Positions 18,353 to 25,707 of a stretch of DNA of 64,000 bases are shown in pieces (the first letter of the stretch is position 1; every line of letters starts with the position of its first letter). This DNA comes from Clostridia bacterium (GTDB lineage: Bacteria; Bacillota; Clostridia; Oscillospirales; CAG-272). The translations under genes were made by a program, and so were the position numbers. Location of the stretch: the NCBI GenBank assembly GCA_017456895.1, contig JAFTIN010000006.1:5511-69510 (forward strand). Reading direction: 5' to 3'. A model generated the notes under the pieces. That model worked only from the letters and a program-made list of their open reading frames with translations. It made no database searches and was not told where the DNA came from.

Positions 18353-18617
18353 GTTTATCTCCTTTCAGATTCTTGACAAAGAGTAAAATATCCTCAAGCA
18401 CAGAGGTATTCAACTCATAGTAGATGAACTTTCCCTCACGCTTATCGCGTATGAGGTCGGCGTCCTTTAAAACCGAAAGATGACGCGAGATGGATGCACC
18501 CGTTACCTCGAAATGCGAGACTATGTCTCCGGCGGACATTCTGCCGCCCTTAAGCATATCGAGGATCTCTCGCCTTATCGGATCGGAGAGCGCCTTAAGT
18601 GTTGACTGTAAGCTCAT
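18342..18617 (-). CDS. ArsR/SdpR-family autorepressor-type transcriptional regulator
   Basis: 91 aa. LSDPIRREILDML..GRMSAGDIVSHFEVTGASISRHLSVLKDADLI winged HTH. Overlaps the sdpI-like gene by 11 nt. Confidence 0.85.
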   Translation of the reverse strand: MSLQSTLKALSDPIRREILDMLKGGRMSAGDIVSHFEVTGASISRHLSVLKDADLIRDKREGKFIYYELNTSVLEDILLFVKNLKGDKHDS

Positions 18618-18692
18618 TTGTTTTTCCTTTCCATATAATTAGGAAAACGTTCAATATCCTCTGTTCCCCGATATCCGGTTTGTGGGATGAAG

Positions 18693-18723
18693 ATATTTAA
18701 CATTTAACCTAATTGTTAAATAT
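18693..18723. promoter_or_regulatory. candidate operator: 10-bp perfect inverted repeat ATATTTAACA-N11-TGTTAAATAT
   Basis: Abuts the -10 box of the sdpR-like promoter on its transcribed side. Confidence 0.5.
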
Positions 18724-18752
18724 ATTATATCAAACGAAAAAGAAATTGTCAA
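18724..18752 (-). promoter_or_regulatory. sigma-A promoter of the sdpR/sdpI-like operon
   Basis: Minus strand reads TTGACA-17 nt-TATAAT with TGn (extended -10). Confidence 0.65.
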
Positions 18753-18834
18753 GAGGATAGTCAGAAAAAAGTTTTTTCAAAAAGACCGACGGGCAAAACA
18801 TAATAGTATATAATTGATGCAACAGAATAATAAA

Positions 18835-18860
18835 AGCGGATCTGCAGTAGCAAATCCGCT
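18835..18860 (-). terminator. rho-independent terminator of tldD-pmbA
   Basis: agcggat/atccgct stem. The minus strand continues ttttattatt. Confidence 0.7.
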
Positions 18861-18892
18861 TAAATGATAATTATTATTTACAAAAACAGGAT

Positions 18893-20236
18893 TTATTTTC
18901 CTGCTATGCTCATACCCGGAACGAGAACATCGGGAGAGCAGAATCCGGTAAAGCCGGTAGTAACGCCGCGTTCAAGCTTGTTGCCGAGGGAGGAAATACT
19001 CTTCATAAGCTCGAAGAAGTTGCCCGCTACCGTGAAGCCCTTAACAGCCTCAGCCTTCTTGCCATCCTTGATAAGGAAGCCCGCCGACTGGAGCGAGAAG
19101 TCGCCGCTAACGGGGTTTGCGCCTGCATGTAGGCCGTTGATCTCGGTAATATAAATTCCGTCGCCGGCCATAGCGAAGAGCTCGTCTTGACTCTTGTCGC
19201 CGGGCTCAATAGCAAAGGAATACGGTCTTATGCCGATGGGGGAGGAGTATCCCGCCTTGGAAGCGTTTGCAGTAGTCTCCTTGCCCATAGCAAGAGCCGT
19301 CTCTCTGTTATGGAGGAAGGTCTTGAGAACGCCCGCCTCAACTACCGCTTTACGGTGAGTTGCAACACCCTCAGCATCAAACGTGGTTCCAACCGCGTTT
19401 CCCTCTCTTTGAGGATCGTCGGTGATGGTAACTATCTCGGACGCGATCTTCTCGCCCTCCTTGCCCTTGAGCCTCGACATACCGTCTATGACCGCCTTAG
19501 CGGAGAAAGCAGAAGAGAATACGGATAGGAGTGAGCGCATCTGGTTACCGCTTATAACTACGTTATATTTTCCGGAATCAACCGATCCTGCGCCAATCCT
19601 CGCAAGAGCCTCGCTAACAGCCTCATCTACCACCTCGGTGACCGTTTCATCACCTGTAAGGATCTTGAAGGAGTAGTCCTGCTGGTTCTCATCTCCAACA
19701 CCAACTACAGCCTCTCCTATAAGAGCGTTTATGCCACAGTCAAGCGAGAGATCAACACCGTGAGAGTTCACGAGTCTTACGGTTGTTCCGGCACAGATAG
19801 CCTGAGAGGAGGTTCCCTCCTTAACAGCGGGATCTTTGGCAAAGAGAGCCTCGCCCGTCTTTATTGCATAGTCTTTAAGATCTGCCGCAGAGAGAAGCTC
19901 AACCTTCTTGATCTTAAGCTCCTCGTAGCTGTCCGAGCCCGCATAGATTCCTACGGTATCGGGCTTTTCGGTAGCCTCGGCGTTTGACTTAGCGCGGCGA
20001 GGCAGCTCAGCCATCTCGGACTCGCTCATAAGCTCGGTGGAGGCATAGCCCATCTTACCGTCAACGAGAACTCTAAGACAAAGACCACCACTCTCGGAGG
20101 ATGAGAAGGAATTTACCTCCTTATTAAGCGTAGCGACGGAGACGCTCTCGTCGCTCATGTAATATATTTCGTACTCGGTGAGGCCTTCTTCCAAAAGAGC
20201 CTTAACGAGCGCATTTTTTAATAAGTCAAAGTTCAT
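18893..20236 (-). CDS. pmbA: PmbA/TldE-family metalloprotease subunit
   Basis: 447 aa, TldD/PmbA fold without the HExxxH motif. ATG lies immediately after the tldD stop. Confidence 0.85.
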   Translation of the reverse strand: MNFDLLKNALVKALLEEGLTEYEIYYMSDESVSVATLNKEVNSFSSSESGGLCLRVLVDGKMGYASTELMSESEMAELPRRAKSNAEATEKPDTVGIYAGSDSYEELKIKKVELLSAADLKDYAIKTGEALFAKDPAVKEGTSSQAICAGTTVRLVNSHGVDLSLDCGINALIGEAVVGVGDENQQDYSFKILTGDETVTEVVDEAVSEALARIGAGSVDSGKYNVVISGNQMRSLLSVFSSAFSAKAVIDGMSRLKGKEGEKIASEIVTITDDPQREGNAVGTTFDAEGVATHRKAVVEAGVLKTFLHNRETALAMGKETTANASKAGYSSPIGIRPYSFAIEPGDKSQDELFAMAGDGIYITEINGLHAGANPVSGDFSLQSAGFLIKDGKKAEAVKGFTVAGNFFELMKSISSLGNKLERGVTTGFTGFCSPDVLVPGMSIAGK

Positions 20237-21616
20237 TTATCTGCCTCCTACTGTGATATTTGATACGCGGATAAGGGGCTGACCAACGTCGGTAGGAACG
20301 CTACCGGAGGAGGAGCCGCACATGCCCTGACCTGTCGCAAGATTCTGACCGACCATATCGATGTCCTGAATGATCTTAGAGCCGTTGCCGATAAGCGATG
20401 CGCCGCGGACAGCCTCGCAGATCTTACCATTTCTAACAATATACCCCTCGTTTACCGCAAAGTTGAAGTCACCGGTGAGAGGATTGACCGAGCCTCCGCC
20501 CATGGACTTAGCGTACAGGCCGTATTCGATAGAGGCAATGATATCCTCGTTCCTGTCCGGGCCGTTATCAATGAAGGTGTTAGTCATACGTGATGTTGGC
20601 TCATACGCATAGCTCTGTCTGCGGGCATTACCCGTAGAGGGCATACCCATTCTGCGAGAGCCGAGACGGTCGATCATATAGCTCCTCAGCACACCGTTCT
20701 CGATAAGGACGTTGCGCTGTGTGGGATGTCCCTCGTCGTCGATGTTGACAGATCCCCATGCGCCGGGAATCGTGCCGTCATCTATAGCGGTAACCTTCTC
20801 GTTAGCTACCTTCTGACCGAGCTTACCGCACATTTCAGAGCAACCGATACCAACCGATGTAGCCTCAAGCGAGTGACCGCAGGCCTCGTGGAAGATAACA
20901 CCGCCGAAGCCGGACTCTATCGCTACGGGCATTTGACCCGCAGGACAGTATACCGCGCCGAGATTGACCATAGCCTGTCTTGCTGCCTCTGTACCAATGT
21001 CTTCAGGCTTGAACATCTCAAAGACCTCAAGTCCCATACCGCGGCCGGGAGAGCAAGAGCCCGACTGAGTCTCGGTGCCGTCGGAAGCAATGGCGCTGAC
21101 CGCCATACGGGTACGGATATGTCTATCCGAGGTGAGCAGTCCCTCGGAATTTGCGATCTCTATGGTATGATCTACCGTGAGAAGGTTTCCTGCCGCTTGT
21201 ATTATTCTCTTATCGTACGCCTTCGCGCTCGAGCACGCGAGCTTAAGAAGATCCGTCTTTATAGACGTCTCTGCAGATGCCGGAGCGATGCGCACGGGGT
21301 GAATATTTGGAAAAATGCGCTCGGTGAGAACAACGCTCTGCCCTTCTCCGACCTCACCCATAGCCGCAGCTACCGAGCGAGCGCACTTGATAAGACCGAG
21401 AGGTGTGGTGTCAGAGGTAGAGCCGTAAACAGTAGAGGTGCCGCGAAAGGCGCGGATACCCACACCGGATACGACCTCGTCGGTTATGGACTCTATTCTC
21501 TCGTTTAGAAGCGATATTCTACCGTTGTGAGTGTACTCGCAATACACCTCAGCAAAATCAGCGCCTCCCGAGAGAGCTATACTGAGTATTTGTTCGTATA
21601 GTCTTTTTTCAATCAT
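20237..21616 (-). CDS. tldD: TldD-family metalloprotease
   Basis: 459 aa with HEACGH zinc motif and C-terminal GxC..SSG..P. Confidence 0.88.
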   Translation of the reverse strand: MIEKRLYEQILSIALSGGADFAEVYCEYTHNGRISLLNERIESITDEVVSGVGIRAFRGTSTVYGSTSDTTPLGLIKCARSVAAAMGEVGEGQSVVLTERIFPNIHPVRIAPASAETSIKTDLLKLACSSAKAYDKRIIQAAGNLLTVDHTIEIANSEGLLTSDRHIRTRMAVSAIASDGTETQSGSCSPGRGMGLEVFEMFKPEDIGTEAARQAMVNLGAVYCPAGQMPVAIESGFGGVIFHEACGHSLEATSVGIGCSEMCGKLGQKVANEKVTAIDDGTIPGAWGSVNIDDEGHPTQRNVLIENGVLRSYMIDRLGSRRMGMPSTGNARRQSYAYEPTSRMTNTFIDNGPDRNEDIIASIEYGLYAKSMGGGSVNPLTGDFNFAVNEGYIVRNGKICEAVRGASLIGNGSKIIQDIDMVGQNLATGQGMCGSSSGSVPTDVGQPLIRVSNITVGGR

Positions 21617-21820
21617 AATATACCTTTCCCGACCTTTCGGCCGCCAAAAAAATAAAAAATTACTTTAATTATATATGATTAAGAGCATTTTTTCAATAGG
21701 TATGGAAATTTATAGTAACTGTATTTTTAATGAGGGTATTAGTACATCTAATACATGATCAAAATATTTATACAATTTTCGACTTTTTTCACTTTTTGGT
21801 CAAAAAAATTATATTCTCTA

Positions 21821-21849
21821 TTGACTTAACGATACAAATGTTGTATAAT
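21821..21849 (+). promoter_or_regulatory. candidate promoter of the TetR gene
   Basis: TTGACT-17 nt-TATAAT. Confidence 0.6.
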
Positions 21850-21958
21850 TTTCTACGTTGATTGTTTTTTTGGCAAGGAATAAAGCAGTGCAAAGCTTGA
21901 TTTCGAGTCCGCGTACTGCATTCTGAAGCTGTATTTTTTATTTCATCGGAGAGTAAAA

Positions 21959-22534
21959 ATGGCAAAAAAAGAAGACCTTAGAATCATCAAAACGAAAGCA
22001 GCACTGACGAACTCTTTCTTCGCCCTTCTTGAAGAGATGACGGTTGAGGACATCACAGTAAACGGCCTTTGTGAGAAGGCAGGAGTCCGTCGCGCAACCT
22101 TCTACAAGCATTTCACCGACAAGAACGATTTTATTCTTTATCTGATAAAGGACGTGCGCGAGCGCTTTGAGCACGATACGTGGAATAAGAACGGACTTGT
22201 ACCGGTAACTAAAGAATACTATCTCAAGTACGCAGAGGCAGTAATACAATATCTGCTCACAAGAGAGAATGCCGTAAAAAAAATAATCGACTCGTCTGTG
22301 CGTTCCACCTTTATCGAGGTATTTGTACAGCAGAACTACAAGGACACGAAAAAGAAGCTGGAAATAAGCGCAAAGGGAGGAATGAATCTCATCTCATCTC
22401 CCGACGTAGTAGCGAGCATGCTCGTCGGAGGAACTGCGCGCGCCATCGTCAATTGGTTTGAGAATACCGAGAGGTGTCCTGTCAATGTTCTGTTAAGAGA
22501 TATATTCAAAATCATCGACAGAGTTCTGTCATAA
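21959..22534 (+). CDS. TetR/AcrR-family transcriptional regulator
   Basis: 191 aa. N-terminal HTH IIKTKAALTNSFFALLEE...VNGLCEKAGVRRATFYKHF. Confidence 0.85.
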   Translation: MAKKEDLRIIKTKAALTNSFFALLEEMTVEDITVNGLCEKAGVRRATFYKHFTDKNDFILYLIKDVRERFEHDTWNKNGLVPVTKEYYLKYAEAVIQYLLTRENAVKKIIDSSVRSTFIEVFVQQNYKDTKKKLEISAKGGMNLISSPDVVASMLVGGTARAIVNWFENTERCPVNVLLRDIFKIIDRVLS

Positions 22535-22566
22535 AAGAGCTTTTTGACAACCAATATACACAAAAA

Positions 22567-22606
22567 CAGGCATCCAAGAGCTAATCTTGGATGCCTGCTT
22601 TTATTT
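22567..22606. terminator. bidirectional rho-independent terminator
   Basis: 13-bp stem caggcatccaaga/tcttggatgcctg, flanked by aaaaa and cttttattt. Confidence 0.85.
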
Positions 22607-22622
22607 CAGGGTTTACACCTGC

Positions 22623-24050
22623 TTATATTTCTTCTAGATCAATGTCCGGATCACTGTACGCCTTATTCTGCTTTCCAAGGATAAAAAGAACTATCGCAAG
22701 AGCGACCGCTCCGGTAACAAGCCAGGATATAGGATAGGAGACGTATATACTCTCAAGAGTGAGGAAGTACTCAAAAACGGTGAGCAACCACACTACACGC
22801 AAAAGGCAAGCGCCGATAAGCGATACAACTGCAGAGGTCATGGAGCGACCGAGTCCGCGCAATACTCCGCAGCCAACCTCCATAAAAGCAAGTATGAAAT
22901 AAGGAAGAGTCTCGCATCTCATCTTGATCATAGCAGACTCGTAGGCTATGGCTGCCAGTCCCTCGCCGTCATGTATGCCATAGAGAGCGAGGAGCGGTTG
23001 ATTGAAGATCATAATAAGTGAACTCGCGATGAGACCAACCGCCATAGTGATGGCATAGCAATTGATAAGTACCTTTTTAACCCTATCGTATTTGCCCGCA
23101 CCGACGTTTTGGCTGGTAAAAGCAACCGAGGCCTGACAGACGGAGTTAGTGGCAGTATAGATAAAACCGTTGAGGTTTGAGACGGCGGCATTAGCATCCA
23201 CCACCGGCTCATATACGCTGCCGGGAGCCAATATCTCGTTTACTCTAAGTACAGACGACTGTATCATCATATTCGAGATGGAAAAAAGCGCGCTCTGTAT
23301 TCCCGCAGGGAATCCCACCCTGATAACGTCCCTTAGCGACCTTCTGTCCATCTTAAGCTTCTTCCACTCAAAGCGGCAAGCATCGTCTGCGCGGGAAAGT
23401 GAAAGGATAAGAAGAATGGAGGATAGAATGTTTGAGATAACGGTAGCGAGCGCAACGCCGTCCACCGACATACCGAAAAGGAGCACGAAGACGAGGTTGA
23501 GCATAACGTTGACAAGCCCTGAGGCGGTGAGTATATACAGAGGTGTTCTTGTATCTCCCTTGGCGCGGAAGATTGCCACCGCATAGTTGGTAAGCGCAAC
23601 GAATGGAGCACCCATAAAGTACACCTTAGTATAAAGCGTTGCCAGATCGAGAAGATTACCCTCAGCGCCCATAAGGCTGAGTACAGGTCGCGAAACGGTA
23701 AGACCGATCAGACACCCGAGCACACCGAGAACCACCGCCAGTATGAGTGAGGAGTGAACGACTCGGGAGGCGAGCTCCCCTTCCTTTGCTCCGATACGCT
23801 GAGCAATAACTACGTTTGCTCCAACAGCAAAGCCAATAAAGAGATTAAGTATCAGGTTAACGAACGGTCCGGTAAGTCCTATAGCTCCGACCGAGTTTGC
23901 CTCGCTCGACAGACTGACGATCATCATATCTGCCGCGTTGTATGTGACCTGTAAAAGATTCGTCGCCATCATAGGCAGGACGAACATAAGTATTTTGCCG
24001 AAGAGAGGCCCTTCGGTCATATCAATGTTTTTGCTTAAAGTTGTTCTCAT
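22623..24050 (-). CDS. MATE-family efflux transporter
   Basis: 475 aa, 12 TM. GPLFGKILMFVLPMMATNLLQ..YNAADMMIV is a typical MATE N-terminus. Confidence 0.88.
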   Translation of the reverse strand: MRTTLSKNIDMTEGPLFGKILMFVLPMMATNLLQVTYNAADMMIVSLSSEANSVGAIGLTGPFVNLILNLFIGFAVGANVVIAQRIGAKEGELASRVVHSSLILAVVLGVLGCLIGLTVSRPVLSLMGAEGNLLDLATLYTKVYFMGAPFVALTNYAVAIFRAKGDTRTPLYILTASGLVNVMLNLVFVLLFGMSVDGVALATVISNILSSILLILSLSRADDACRFEWKKLKMDRRSLRDVIRVGFPAGIQSALFSISNMMIQSSVLRVNEILAPGSVYEPVVDANAAVSNLNGFIYTATNSVCQASVAFTSQNVGAGKYDRVKKVLINCYAITMAVGLIASSLIMIFNQPLLALYGIHDGEGLAAIAYESAMIKMRCETLPYFILAFMEVGCGVLRGLGRSMTSAVVSLIGACLLRVVWLLTVFEYFLTLESIYVSYPISWLVTGAVALAIVLFILGKQNKAYSDPDIDLEEI

Positions 24051-24116
24051 TTTTCTGTTCTATTCAGATAATAAGTAATGTTTAGTAGTCGTAATTCATA
24101 TTTTATGGGGTGTAGT

Positions 24117-24146
24117 TAAGCCTTCTCCGCAAAGGGAGAAGGCTTA
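24117..24146 (-). terminator. hairpin downstream of asnS (weak U-tract)
   Basis: 12-bp stem taagccttctcc/ggagaaggctta. The T-run is on the plus side only. Confidence 0.45.
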
Positions 24147-24158
24147 TTGTTATTGATC

Positions 24159-25553
24159 TTAATACTCTGCATTACCGACCGTTCTGGGGTAAGGAATTAC
24201 GTCACGGATGTTGGACACACCGGTGAGATACATAATAATTCTCTCAAAGCCGAGGCCGTAGCCTGCGTGCTTGGTGCCTCCGTACTTACGAAGGTTGAGG
24301 TACCACCAGTAATCCTCCTCAGAGAGGTTGAGCTCTGCCATACGAGACTTAAGCACGTCGAGTCTCTCCTCACGCTGAGAGCCGCCGATGATCTCGCCGA
24401 CGCCAGGAACGAGAAGGTCCATAGCCGCAACAGTCTTGCCGTCGTCGTTAAGGCGCATATAGAACGCCTTGATATCCTTGGGATAATCTACAAGGAAGAT
24501 GGGCTTCTTGTACACCTGCTCGGTGAGGTATCTCTCATGCTCGGTCTGAAGGTCAACGCCCCAATATACGGGATACTTGAAATCAGCGCCGGACTTAAGA
24601 AGAACGTCGATAGCCTCGGTGTAGGTAACCTTAGCGTAATCCGCGTTACGAAGCGCGGTGAGTCTGTCGAGCAATCCCTTGTCAACAAAGCTGTTGAAGA
24701 AGGTGAGCTCTGCCTGGCAGTTATCCATAACGTGGTTAATGATATACTTGATCATATCCCACGCGAGCTGCATGTTGTCGTTAAGGTCAGCGAACGCGAT
24801 CTCAGGCTCGATCATCCAGAATTCTGCCGCGTGACGGGCGGTGTTGGAGTTCTCTGCCCTGAAGGTAGGGCCGAAGGTGTAGATGTTGCCGAAAGCCATG
24901 GCGTAGGTCTCGCCCTCAAGCTGGCCGGAAACCGTGAGGTTTGTGCTCTTACCGAAGAAGTCCTTCGAGAAGTCGACCTTGCCGTCCTCGGTCTTGGGAA
25001 GATTGTCGAGGTCAAGAGTGGTAACTCTGAACATCTCGCCCGCGCCCTCTGCATCCGAGCCGGTGACTATCGGGGTGTGAACGTATACAAAGCCGCGCTC
25101 GTGGAAGAAGGAATGAATAGCGTAAGCCACCTCGGAGCGCACTCTGAATACCGCGGAGAAGAGGTTTGTCCTCGGACGGAGGTAAGCCTGCTCACGAAGA
25201 TACTCGACGGTGTGGCGCTTGGGCTGGAGTGGATAGTCGGGAGTAGAGGTTCCCTCTATCTCAACCTTCTCGGCCTTGAGCTCCATAGGCTGCTTTGCGC
25301 CGGGGGTAAGAAGGATCTTACCTGTAACAACGAGAGCCGCGCCAACGTTCTGCGATGCGATCTCGTCGTAGTTGTCTACCTTTTCCCTCTCAAATACTAC
25401 CTGAATGCTCTTGAAGTACGAGCCGTCGTTCAGGTCTATAAATCCAAAGGCCTTGGAGTCTCTGAGGTTTCTCACCCAGCCGCCGACGGTAACCGTCTTG
25501 CCGCCGTAGGACTCCATATCGGCATATATATCTCTAAGTAGATCTCTTTTCAT
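24159..25553 (-). CDS. asnS: asparagine--tRNA ligase
   Basis: 464 aa. Class IIb OB-fold N-terminus [40 protein letters not shown]. Confidence 0.92.
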   Translation of the reverse strand: MKRDLLRDIYADMESYGGKTVTVGGWVRNLRDSKAFGFIDLNDGSYFKSIQVVFEREKVDNYDEIASQNVGAALVVTGKILLTPGAKQPMELKAEKVEIEGTSTPDYPLQPKRHTVEYLREQAYLRPRTNLFSAVFRVRSEVAYAIHSFFHERGFVYVHTPIVTGSDAEGAGEMFRVTTLDLDNLPKTEDGKVDFSKDFFGKSTNLTVSGQLEGETYAMAFGNIYTFGPTFRAENSNTARHAAEFWMIEPEIAFADLNDNMQLAWDMIKYIINHVMDNCQAELTFFNSFVDKGLLDRLTALRNADYAKVTYTEAIDVLLKSGADFKYPVYWGVDLQTEHERYLTEQVYKKPIFLVDYPKDIKAFYMRLNDDGKTVAAMDLLVPGVGEIIGGSQREERLDVLKSRMAELNLSEEDYWWYLNLRKYGGTKHAGYGLGFERIIMYLTGVSNIRDVIPYPRTVGNAEY

Positions 25554-25665
25554 TTTTTGCCTCCAATGTAAGAGTAATTGTCATAATAATATATTCTAAC
25601 ACAATAAGTTTATTTTTTCAACAGGTTTTTAAAATATTTGTAAAGAATGTGGAGTAAATATGATA

Positions 25666-25690
25666 AGTGGTGGGTTTTCTGCCCACCACT
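25666..25690 (-). terminator. hairpin after the SGNH-hydrolase gene
   Basis: agtggtggg/cccaccact stem. The flanks are only moderately U-rich on the minus strand. Confidence 0.5.
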
Positions 25691-25707
25691 CTTTTATTTC
25701 TTGATTA

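Noticed and set aside
20237-21616. TldD/PmbA pair as part of a microcin/peptide maturation system
   Set aside because: No precursor peptide, immunity or export genes are adjacent. The pair is flanked by unrelated housekeeping and efflux genes, so it is treated as the common stand-alone protease pair.
25554-25707. T-box leader upstream of asnS
   Set aside because: Only ~150 nt are available, part of which is the terminator hairpin of the neighbouring gene. No T-box sequence (..GGGTGGTACCGCG..) or specifier-loop architecture was seen.
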